Part shown: positions 1-9,648 of the stretch, piece by piece
How the letters are laid out: every line of letters begins with the position of its first letter
Numbering within the stretch: position 1 is the stretch's first letter
NCBI GenBank assembly: GCA_944389535.1
Contig: CALXMS010000002.1
Coordinates: 129,041-193,040 of the forward strand
DNA: 64,000 bases
Direction of reading: 5' to 3'
Source of the DNA: an uncultured Alphaproteobacteria bacterium
GTDB lineage: Bacteria; Pseudomonadota; Alphaproteobacteria; Rs-D84
Notes under the pieces: generated by a model
Told to the model about the DNA's origin: nothing
The model's database searches: none
Seen by the model: the letters and a program-made list of their open reading frames with translations, nothing else
Position numbers and translations under genes: made by a program

Positions 1-58
1 TAATATTCGTAATTTTACGTTATTTCAATAAGTTTTTATCAGCAGTATAACAGGATTC

Positions 59-87
59 TTGAAAATATTTTTCGCTTTTGTTAGGAT
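59..87 (+). promoter_or_regulatory. Candidate sigma70-like promoter (TTGAAA -17 bp- TAGGAT) upstream of the first nuclease-like ORF
   Basis: TTGAAA at 59-64 and TAGGAT at 82-87 with a 17-bp spacer; AAGGAAAGGA RBS precedes the ATG at 118. Confidence 0.3.
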
Positions 88-117
88 AAAAAGTGTTTTA
101 AGGAAAGGATAGAATTC

Positions 118-720
118 ATGACAAAGAATGAACTGTTTTTAGAATTGGCTAAACCGAACGCACAAGGCGTTAGTCGTTGGGTACGTGTTACAGAATTTGT
201 GGGGAAATATGCTGATCTGGCTTTTGGAAACGGTGCATCTTGGGCTAGAAAAGAATCGTCCTTGGCAAAAAAATATATTGTAGAATTTGATAAAACTATA
301 ACCAGCGGAAATGGAATTGATGCCATCAGACTAAATGGTTTGAATAACGGGGATTTTTCGCAACACATAAGTCCAGAAATAAAAAAGGTTATAAAAGCCC
401 AAAGGTGTGTTGTCTTAGGAACCTCTAATCCAGAAGTGGATCATAAAAATGGTATGAAAAATGAAGCTAGAGTCATGAGAAATGAAGAACAGCGTTTGTC
501 GGATTTTCAACCGTTAAGTAAAGCCGCCAATGATGCAAAACGACAATTTTGCAAGGAATGTATGAGAACTCGTACAAGATATGATGCAAAAAAGTTGGGG
601 TACCCAATGTCATACTATAAAGGTGGTGCACACCACAATTTTGAAGAAGACGCTTGTGTTGGGTGTTATTGGTATGATCCCAAAGAATTTAAAAAACATT
701 TAAAGAAAAAAGAAGACTAA
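118..720 (+). CDS. Hypothetical protein, candidate HNH/beta-beta-alpha-Me-type (Zn-ribbon) endonuclease. Probable restriction subunit of the adjacent R-M-like cassette.
   Basis: 200-aa ORF with a strong RBS. Contains D108-H109-x-N-G followed by Asn residues and two CxxC pairs (C145/C148, C180/C183), reminiscent of Zn-containing HNH nucleases. Lies 15 bp upstream of the next ORF and faces two DNA MTases. Confidence 0.4.
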   Translation: MTKNELFLELAKPNAQGVSRWVRVTEFVGKYADLAFGNGASWARKESSLAKKYIVEFDKTITSGNGIDAIRLNGLNNGDFSQHISPEIKKVIKAQRCVVLGTSNPEVDHKNGMKNEARVMRNEEQRLSDFQPLSKAANDAKRQFCKECMRTRTRYDAKKLGYPMSYYKGGAHHNFEEDACVGCYWYDPKEFKKHLKKKED

Positions 721-734
721 AACAGGGGGGGCGC

Positions 735-1895
735 ATGTATCACGTGTTTGTAGTTAACGATGTTACGTTCAAATATCACTTGGAATATTTGTTTGCAGGT
801 ACTTGCGCACTTCAAAATCCAGATTTTTTAGAAGATAGTGAGTATCGCAATCCTTCAAATAAAAATGATGGTGTAACACCAAAGCAAGAGTTATCAATCT
901 GTGGAATGATAGCAGATGTTTCAAGAATAAGACCTGGCGATAAAGTTATATTTTATCTTACACAAACAACAGAACATGAGGGTATGTTTTTTGGAATATT
1001 TGTTGTAAAAGGACTAGCGTTTTTTGATTCAAATGATGGTAATTATTTGTCGCCTCAGCTCGGAGTAAATCTGAATTTTAGGGTTATATTGTCACCAGAT
1101 AAAGTTTATGCACGAGGAGTTAGTGAGAGAGAAGCGTTAGATAGTTTACGTGGAATTACACACCCAAGTCAAATGTGTTGGAGTATGATATATAGAAAAT
1201 TAAAAGGTAAACGTGGTTGTACAATGATCACAGATTATGAAGCCTATAGATTAGTCAATCTAATCAAAAAAGCTAATAATGGTAGGGAATTAAAATCAAA
1301 ATGTTTTACGTATGACAATGAGTTAAATCAAATTACAAGCAATGAACAACGTAATCCTTACAGGGGCACAAAGTGTGATCTTGATGTTAAAGATAGAATG
1401 TTGGTAAAAGCAGAACGTCAAAATAAATATGAAGCACATTTACAGGCATATGTTTTGCAACACATAGATAAAAAGCCATTAAAAGATCTATTAAATATAG
1501 ACACAAATGTACCAGTGTGGATTGGAAATGAAGTATCTTGTGGTGTAGGAATGCAGAGCATAGATATAATGACTCAGCAATGTGGAAAAAAAGATATTTA
1601 CATAAACGTTATAGAATTAAAATGCGTGGAACCTTATGATGATATTCTAGATAAACAATTGCCGAAATATGAGAATTGGATTTTGGATTATATTTCTCCA
1701 TTATATCAAGAAAAACATGTCCATATTCGTCCAATAATAATCGCCAAGTTATTTGGCCTGAAAGAGCAGACAGGGTGTTTTGTTCAAAAATGTCAAAAGA
1801 TAAAAAGTTACACAACGGGCAACACAACCGTTGAACCGGTTTGTTATATTGGATATACTATTGATGAAGATATAAAATTTACCAAGTTGGTTTAA
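735..1895 (+). CDS. Hypothetical two-domain protein: N-terminal PUA-like (EVE/ASCH-like) domain plus C-terminal PD-(D/E)XK-like nuclease motif. Candidate (modification-sensing?) restriction endonuclease.
   Basis: 386-aa ORF with an AGGGGGGG RBS. The N-terminus carries a 'GDKVIFY...GMFFGIFVVKG' pattern typical of PUA-like/EVE beta-barrels. The C-terminus carries 'KDIYINVIELK' (D-x6-E-x-K), a PD-(D/E)XK-like motif. Its stop codon is 1 nt from the stop of the convergent MTase. Confidence 0.4.
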   Translation: MYHVFVVNDVTFKYHLEYLFAGTCALQNPDFLEDSEYRNPSNKNDGVTPKQELSICGMIADVSRIRPGDKVIFYLTQTTEHEGMFFGIFVVKGLAFFDSNDGNYLSPQLGVNLNFRVILSPDKVYARGVSEREALDSLRGITHPSQMCWSMIYRKLKGKRGCTMITDYEAYRLVNLIKKANNGRELKSKCFTYDNELNQITSNEQRNPYRGTKCDLDVKDRMLVKAERQNKYEAHLQAYVLQHIDKKPLKDLLNIDTNVPVWIGNEVSCGVGMQSIDIMTQQCGKKDIYINVIELKCVEPYDDILDKQLPKYENWILDYISPLYQEKHVHIRPIIIAKLFGLKEQTGCFVQKCQKIKSYTTGNTTVEPVCYIGYTIDEDIKFTKLV

Positions 1896-1896
1896 T

Positions 1897-2682
1897 TTAT
1901 TGTTTCTTGAACACAATAATATATTCGTGTTTGAAGACATAAAAGTCACTATTTAATGCTCTGTAACGCCAAATTGCGTGCTTATTGGATTTGCCCTTTG
2001 TTTCTTCAAAATTTTTTATCAAAATAGCTTTAAGTATGAAATTTTTACGCATAAATAAATTCATACAATAAAAGCCAAGGGGGGTAATCTGACTGTTGGA
2101 ATATTTATCGCCGATAACGACAGCGCAATATCTTCCTTTCTCCAAATGCTTTGTTGTATTATCGATAATTGCGCTAAAAGAATCCAAGAAATCATTCAAG
2201 TTTTTTGAATTAGATAAATCGTTCGCATCTTCAGAAAACTTCACAATATCCCAATAGGGGGGATGCAAAATTACAAACTGAACTTTTTTTATACCTAAAC
2301 CTTGTAGTTCTTTTTCTAAGTCAACAGAACGACTATCTCCCACAATAATTTTACTGGTAATATTTTCTTTCTTTTCCGTGATTATTCTGCGATATGCCTC
2401 GACTGCAACATCACGCTGCAACTCTATGCCAATCGAATTGCGGTTCATCCTTTGAGCTTCGATCAATGTTGTGCCGCTGCCCATAAAGGGGTCTAATACC
2501 CAATCGCCAGATTTGGTGTACCTTGTTAATAATTGATGCGGAATTTGTGGAATAAAATTTCCATGGTAATGTCCACTATGCGCACCAGAGTTGTCGCGTT
2601 TTTCTATAATCCATAGTGAATCTGTATATATATCCCCGTATTCTCTCCATCGTTGTATATCAATATCGTTGTAGCGAGACAT
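1897..2682 (-). CDS. SAM-dependent DNA amino-methyltransferase (N6-adenine or N4-cytosine; PF01555-like, motif I DPFMGSGTT, motif IV variant HPPY)
   Basis: 261 aa. 'DPFMGSGTT' at roughly aa 65 and 'VQFVILHPPYWD' at roughly aa 150. The ATG is 1 nt after the stop of the upstream Dam-like MTase. Confidence 0.75.
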   Translation of the reverse strand: MSRYNDIDIQRWREYGDIYTDSLWIIEKRDNSGAHSGHYHGNFIPQIPHQLLTRYTKSGDWVLDPFMGSGTTLIEAQRMNRNSIGIELQRDVAVEAYRRIITEKKENITSKIIVGDSRSVDLEKELQGLGIKKVQFVILHPPYWDIVKFSEDANDLSNSKNLNDFLDSFSAIIDNTTKHLEKGRYCAVVIGDKYSNSQITPLGFYCMNLFMRKNFILKAILIKNFEETKGKSNKHAIWRYRALNSDFYVFKHEYIIVFKKQ

Positions 2683-2683
2683 T

Positions 2684-3691
2684 TTAACTGTCCTTTTTTA
2701 CAAGGCAATGTAGATATTCAATGGTTTCGTTAGCGGATATATTGCGGTTTTCATCTTTGTCAGCCTTGAACCTGCGATACGTTTTTGTATAAAAAGAATA
2801 TTCGCCATACTTTGACATTATATCTTTGATTTGGTCAAGGGACATAAGCCCCTCGTTATTATAGCTCAAGAAGATGTATTTAAACTTTGCTTTCTTAATC
2901 AAATCTTCAAAAACGTCGCATACGGTTTTTGCAGAACAAAATGCGCTTTTTTGATCGGAATAATTTCTAAGACCCGTGACCCCCTTAACGGTTGGGTTAT
3001 CATATTTTGCGATAGTTTCAAGCACATGATAATTTGCACAGTACTGGCGTTCATTATATGGTGGGTCCAGGTATAATACATCGCCCTCGATCTCATTTAC
3101 CAGTTCGTTAATATCTTTGTTATAAGCTTTGCCTTTTGGACCGTTTACAATCGGCAATGGTTCCAATATAAAATCCTTTGCTGCGGACTTTTTGATGTTT
3201 TTCAGAAAAGCACCGTACACAGAAGCTGTATTTGCATATTTATCAATAGAATTTATAAGAGAAGCTAAATAATAGAAATAAGTGTCTTTATCAATTTCAT
3301 TTGCTTTAAGCAATTTTTCTAGCTCTGTTCGTATGGCATCGCATTTTCTGCCATTGGAATCTGTAAAATAATTCCTGCCGGAACCAGATCCAGCACAATA
3401 ATTATTATAAATAAAGCCGTCAATTCCTGGTAATGAATTTAGATGATCCAACAAGTCTGTTCGTACGGAATCAGTGTTTTCTATCAGGTGTTTATTTACA
3501 ACAAAACTGTAATATTGCAGGTCATTTGATAGAACTTTGCAGCCAAGGCCTCTGTAATATGCCCCAACAACACCTGTACCGGCAAATAAGTCTGCAAAGG
3601 AATAAGGGGTGCCATCTTCGTAATTAGTAACTTTCTTGACGGTTTCGTGTAAAAAATCTAATAAAGAGTACTTCGACCCTATGTAATTCAT
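2684..3691 (-). CDS. Dam-like N6-adenine DNA methyltransferase (MethyltransfD12 class)
   Basis: 335 aa. N-terminal 'MNYIGSKYSLLDFL...FADLFAGTGVVG' and 'LYLDPPYN' motifs are characteristic of the Dam/DpnM/T4 Dam family. Confidence 0.85.
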   Translation of the reverse strand: MNYIGSKYSLLDFLHETVKKVTNYEDGTPYSFADLFAGTGVVGAYYRGLGCKVLSNDLQYYSFVVNKHLIENTDSVRTDLLDHLNSLPGIDGFIYNNYCAGSGSGRNYFTDSNGRKCDAIRTELEKLLKANEIDKDTYFYYLASLINSIDKYANTASVYGAFLKNIKKSAAKDFILEPLPIVNGPKGKAYNKDINELVNEIEGDVLYLDPPYNERQYCANYHVLETIAKYDNPTVKGVTGLRNYSDQKSAFCSAKTVCDVFEDLIKKAKFKYIFLSYNNEGLMSLDQIKDIMSKYGEYSFYTKTYRRFKADKDENRNISANETIEYLHCLVKKDS

Positions 3692-3937
3692 CCGCGTTTC
3701 CTTAAATGTTTCTCAACAATCCTTAATACAGTTAAATATCGTTGTTGAATGATAAGCATTTTTTGTGCAAAAAAGCAAATGGTTTTTAAGCTTGTTTAGA
3801 AAAACTTATGAAAAAACAATTTGTTGAATAAAATAATTTTTATGTTTCTATGTTTTTTTCACATCGCTGACATTTGAAATAATTTGCGCTGGATCCGGCT
3901 GAGTAACCAGGCTTGTTGGCAAAAATATAAAAATAAT

Positions 3938-3970
3938 AAAAACACCGCCTTTTGTGGCGGTGCTTTTTTC
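3938..3970. terminator. Bidirectional rho-independent terminator hairpin (CACCGCC-TTTTGT-GGCGGTG) flanked by A and T runs
   Basis: Perfect 7-bp GC-rich stem followed by a T-run on the + strand and preceded by an A-run; terminates the minus-strand TA operon. Confidence 0.6.
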
Positions 3971-3981
3971 AAACATATTGC

Positions 3982-4317
3982 TTACATAGCTGTTGCTATG
4001 TTCGCTTTTTTATTGTCGTTAGATGCTTTTGGAGTAAAACTGACTTTTAAACCTAATGCATCTATTGTTTTAAATACTGTTTCTACATTAGGACGACGTG
4101 CCCCAGAGAAACTTTTATATAAAGATTCGCGACCTACACCTATCTCTTTTGATATTTTATTTATGCTACGTGCTTTGGCAACATCACCAAGAGCTATTAA
4201 GAAAAATTCAATATCATTTTCTTCCCACGCAGCTTCAAGATAGTTAGCGATATCTTCTTCTGTTTTAAGATGATCAAGAATGTTCCATTCTGTCACCTTG
4301 TTACGCTCCTTTTTCAT
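3982..4317 (-). CDS. Addiction-module antidote protein (HigA-like, HI1420/TIGR02684-type antitoxin)
   Basis: 111 aa. AAGGAG RBS 6-7 nt upstream. Lies immediately downstream of the toxin gene in the toxin-first (HigBA-like) order. The sequence resembles the HI1420 antidote family. Confidence 0.75.
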   Translation of the reverse strand: MKKERNKVTEWNILDHLKTEEDIANYLEAAWEENDIEFFLIALGDVAKARSINKISKEIGVGRESLYKSFSGARRPNVETVFKTIDALGLKVSFTPKASNDNKKANIATAM

Positions 4318-4348
4318 TTTTTACTCCTTTGAGTAAAGTAGTTTCATA

Positions 4349-4639
4349 CTACTGGTTTGCCAAAATTTTCTTGGCTTTTTCTATATCTGACTGTTGGGTT
4401 GATTTATCGCCGCCAATCAGTAACAAGATTATTTCCTCGCCTCGTTGGGTGTAATAAACCCTATAGCCTGGACCATAATCTATGCGCAACTCGAAGATGC
4501 TATCCCCCACAGATTTGCAATCGCCAAAATGTTCTTGGGTAGCAATTCGTCTGAGCCGGACGTCTATCCTTGCCTTCGCTTTACTATCTTTTAATTTGTT
4601 ATACCACCTTAAATACTCGTTTGTTTCTACTATTACCAT
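4349..4639 (-). CDS. Addiction-module killer protein (RelE/HigB superfamily, HI1419/TIGR02683-type toxin)
   Basis: Contains 'FGDCKSVGDSIFELRIDYGPGYRVYY...LLIGGDKSTQQSDIEKAK', the hallmark of the HI1419 killer family. The ATG at 4639 has a GGAGC RBS. The six-frame track begins 2 codons earlier at a TTG. Confidence 0.8.
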   Translation of the reverse strand: MVIVETNEYLRWYNKLKDSKAKARIDVRLRRIATQEHFGDCKSVGDSIFELRIDYGPGYRVYYTQRGEEIILLLIGGDKSTQQSDIEKAKKILANQ

Positions 4640-4717
4640 TTTCAAAGCTCCATAACTGATTTCGTCCAGTCCCTACGTCCTTCATATACTCTCCCTTGTT
4701 GTTTTTGTTCGTTATTA

Positions 4718-4737
4718 TTGTATCCAAATGGATACAA
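4718..4737. promoter_or_regulatory. Perfect palindrome TTGTATCCA-AA-TGGATACAA upstream of the toxin-antitoxin operon; probable autoregulatory operator
   Basis: 9-bp perfect inverted repeat with a 2-bp spacer, about 80 bp upstream of the toxin start codon. Confidence 0.45.
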
Positions 4738-4765
4738 AAAGTCAAGAATTTTTTTATAAAAATTT

Positions 4766-5074
4766 TCACTGTGCTAAAACAGTCTTTTTCCACGATGCAG
4801 CCATTTGGGATAATTTGCGCTGGAGGCAGCGCAGTAGCCAAGCCTGGCGAAAGGTAAGTTTGCCGCCATTTGTTCTGCGTATTGCCGCTTCTAGTTTGCA
4901 TAACGAACGACAGGCGGCAAAGTAGAGCATAGTAAAATTTGTATTATGGTTAGGTTGTATCTCGTCAAAGTGCTTATACTTCATGTGCGTCCCCTTAAAA
5001 AAGTTGTCGTATTTGTGCTTATCTTTCCAAGATTGTCCAGTCATTTGTTCATAATGACAAAAATAAAAATACAC
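4766..5074 (-). CDS. Hypothetical ORF, possibly a gene remnant. The region has overlapping ORFs on both strands and no recognisable domain.
   Basis: 102-aa open frame; no RBS or domain recognised. Confidence 0.2.
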   Translation of the reverse strand: MYFYFCHYEQMTGQSWKDKHKYDNFFKGTHMKYKHFDEIQPNHNTNFTMLYFAACRSLCKLEAAIRRTNGGKLTFRQAWLLRCLQRKLSQMAASWKKTVLAQ

Positions 5075-5194
5075 AGATGTACACCAGATGTGTGATTTTT
5101 TGCAGAAAAAGGTTGGTATGCTGCGGTTTTTACTTTTGTGACAGACGGACTAGCGTTCCATAGTTCGCAGGCAAAAAAGGGCTCTTTTCAGGTA

Positions 5195-5307
5195 TGAAAT
5201 CAATACTGAAATCAGACCTGAAATCATACTGAAATCAGGTATGATTTCATCACGGTTTCATCTATGATTTCAAGTATGAAATCTGTGTGATTTCAGAGAT
5301 GATTTCA
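5195..5307. repeat. Phased array of ten 8-bp motifs: TGAAATCA x4 direct, then mostly the inverted form TGATTTCA, spaced 11-12 bp
   Basis: Motif starts at 5195, 5207, 5219, 5230, 5242, 5253 (degenerate), 5265, 5277, 5288 and 5300. Mean period is about 11.7 bp. Located between the TA/remnant region and the 3' end of tRNA-Asn. Confidence 0.8.
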
Positions 5308-5450
5308 GCAGTAATGGTATATATTACTGTGTGTCAAATATATGTTTTTGTTTTATAACTAGGGCAATTTAGAGCCATTTTATCCAATTTTGCATAAAAA
5401 CGGGGTAGAAAACAGACAATAAAAAATCCGCAGAAATCTGCGGAAATCTG

Positions 5451-5526
5451 TGGCTCGGGCAACTGGACTCGAACCAGTGACATACGGATTAACAGTCCGT
5501 TGTTCTACCGACTGAACTATGCCCGA
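5451..5526 (-). tRNA. tRNA-Asn (anticodon GTT)
   Basis: 76-nt cloverleaf on the minus strand. 7-bp acceptor stem TCGGGCA/TGCCCGA, anticodon loop CTGTTAA, T-loop GGTTCGAGTCC, encoded CCA. A hairpin at 5421-5446 follows the 3' end. Confidence 0.9.
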
Positions 5527-5650
5527 ATAACGTTCGTCTATCTTATACTACTTTTTTGCCCTTTTCAAGTCTTTTTTTATTCGTTGCCATTTCTCTTTTA
5601 TGGTGCTATATTCCTTACCGTCCAATACTTATTAATACAGAGGTAATCAA

Positions 5651-6466
5651 ATGCTACTGAAAGGAAAAAAAATTCTAATTACAGGCGTTGCTAACGACTG
5701 GTCTATGGCTTGGGCTATCGCTAAACGGGCTCATGAGGAAGGTGCGGAAATCGCAATGCCATACGCTATGCCTAACCTGGAAAAGCGCGTGCGCCCGCTG
5801 GCAGAATCCATCGGCGCTAAATTCGTCCAGGAATGTAACGTGCAAAACGATGAACAGATGGATTCTTTGTTTGATAATATCGAAAAAGAATGGGGAAAAT
5901 TAGACGGTATGTTACACGCCATCGCTTTCTCTGATAAAAATGAATTGACAGGGCGCTATGCAGATACAACGCGCGCAAACTTTAAGAATACAATGGACGT
6001 TTCCGTATATTCTTTGGTGGATTTAACCAGACGTGCTTCTAAACTTATGACAGATGGCGGAAGTATCGTAACGCTGACTTATTATGGCGGCGAAAAGTCC
6101 GTGCCAAATTACAACGTTATGGGTGTCGCAAAATCTGCTCTGGATAGCAGCGTTCGTTATCTGGCTTCTGATTTGGGACGCGATAAAATTCGTATTAACG
6201 CAATTAGCGCAGGACCTATCATGACATTAGCGTCTTCTGGCGTTGGAGGAATGAAGTCTATGTTGCGTTTGAACGCAGAACAAACACCATTGCGCCGCAA
6301 CATGACGCTGGATGACGTTTCTGGTGCCGCAGTTTACTTGTTAAGTGATTTGTCTAGCGCCGTTACGGGCGAAGTTCATCATGTTGACTGTGGATATTCA
6401 ACAACTGGTATGATACCAAACGAATTGAAAGAGGTTCTATTAAAAGGCTTAGATGAGCAGAACTAA
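5651..6466 (+). CDS. fabI: Enoyl-[acyl-carrier-protein] reductase (NADH) FabI
   Basis: 271 aa. The N-terminal Rossmann motif 'ILITGVAN' and overall similarity to the FabI SDR family, plus a conserved Tyr/Lys catalytic region. Confidence 0.9.
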   Translation: MLLKGKKILITGVANDWSMAWAIAKRAHEEGAEIAMPYAMPNLEKRVRPLAESIGAKFVQECNVQNDEQMDSLFDNIEKEWGKLDGMLHAIAFSDKNELTGRYADTTRANFKNTMDVSVYSLVDLTRRASKLMTDGGSIVTLTYYGGEKSVPNYNVMGVAKSALDSSVRYLASDLGRDKIRINAISAGPIMTLASSGVGGMKSMLRLNAEQTPLRRNMTLDDVSGAAVYLLSDLSSAVTGEVHHVDCGYSTTGMIPNELKEVLLKGLDEQN

Positions 6467-6480
6467 AATTTCACAGCGTT

Positions 6481-6510
6481 AAAAAAACCGCCTTTTGTGG
6501 CGGTTTTTTA
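6481..6510. terminator. Rho-independent terminator (ACCGCC-TTTTGT-GGCGGT plus T-run)
   Basis: Hairpin and T-run directly after the fabI stop. Confidence 0.65.
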
Positions 6511-6611
6511 TTACGAATATTTTCTTATAAAAAATAATTGATTTTTAATAAGAATACAATCATAATTAGAATATAATCTTATTAAATAGAGGAGATTAAA
6601 GGGAGGACACT

Positions 6612-8917
<2,306 letters not shown>

Positions 8918-8940
8918 AAACGCCTTTTGGGCGTTTTTTA
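8918..8940. terminator. Rho-independent terminator (ACGCC-TTTTG-GGCGT plus T-run)
   Basis: Hairpin immediately after the ligA stop; overlaps the stop of the convergent OMP gene. Confidence 0.6.
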
Positions 8941-9546
8941 TAAACCAAATTTATAAGCTGCACCAATATAAAACTCTGTAGCATCAATTTCTGTTGATGT
9001 ATTTCCCATGTCTATATCACCATAGTTTTGGTATTTTAGCCCTAAGTTTAAATCAATGCGACTATTCAATGCGAAATTTACACCAACCATGGCTGCCCAT
9101 GACATGTCTGCGGTTGCGTCGGAAAGATTGATGTTACCTTCGACGTTACCCCATATACCAGAAATTCCGATTCCCAGTCCTGCATACGGTTCAACAGCAC
9201 CGCCGAACTGTTGGTATAAGTATACGTTCAGCATGTTTGCCCATATATTAAAGTTAAAATCACTGCCATATTTTTCTTCGCCACCGCCGGTGTAAAGACT
9301 TTCAAATTCTATTTTTACATGGTCTGTTAGTCTATTGCCGATGTATGTACCGATACCGAAACTGTCGTTACGTATGGTTGTGCCAGTACCGCTGTGAGGC
9401 TTAAAATCAAATGCAATGTTTTCGTTTTTGTGTAATCTGATACCGACATAATTATCTCGTTTCTGTGGGGTAGTATAATCATAATAATCATCGGCATATG
9501 TCGGCAGTATGATGGCACACGCAATAAACATAGGTAAATACTTCAT
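8938..9546 (-). CDS. Outer-membrane beta-barrel protein (small OMP, OmpW/opacity-like) with signal peptide
   Basis: 202 aa with an N-terminal signal peptide, alternating amphipathic beta-strands and a C-terminal '...AAYKFGL'. Confidence 0.7.
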   Translation of the reverse strand: MKYLPMFIACAIILPTYADDYYDYTTPQKRDNYVGIRLHKNENIAFDFKPHSGTGTTIRNDSFGIGTYIGNRLTDHVKIEFESLYTGGGEEKYGSDFNFNIWANMLNVYLYQQFGGAVEPYAGLGIGISGIWGNVEGNINLSDATADMSWAAMVGVNFALNSRIDLNLGLKYQNYGDIDMGNTSTEIDATEFYIGAAYKFGL

Positions 9547-9648
9547 CCCTCGTTCCTTTTTTGTTTTATAGGCAGATTATAGTTTTAAGTTATGGCAAAA
9601 GGCAAGACGTTTATGATATAATTCCATAAGAAGTTTAAGGAGTAACAG

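Noticed and set aside
3884-4243. 119-aa plus-strand ORF overlapping the antitoxin gene
   Set aside because: It overlaps the well-supported HigA-like antitoxin on the opposite strand and runs across a terminator, so it is spurious.
3943-6504. Identical 18-bp sequence ACCGCCTTTTGTGGCGGT at 3945-3962 and 6487-6504, considered as possible att-like direct repeats bounding an insertion
   Set aside because: Both copies are canonical terminator hairpins with T-runs. The segment between them contains tRNA-Asn and fabI, which are core genes. This is more likely a recurrent terminator sequence than recombination scars.
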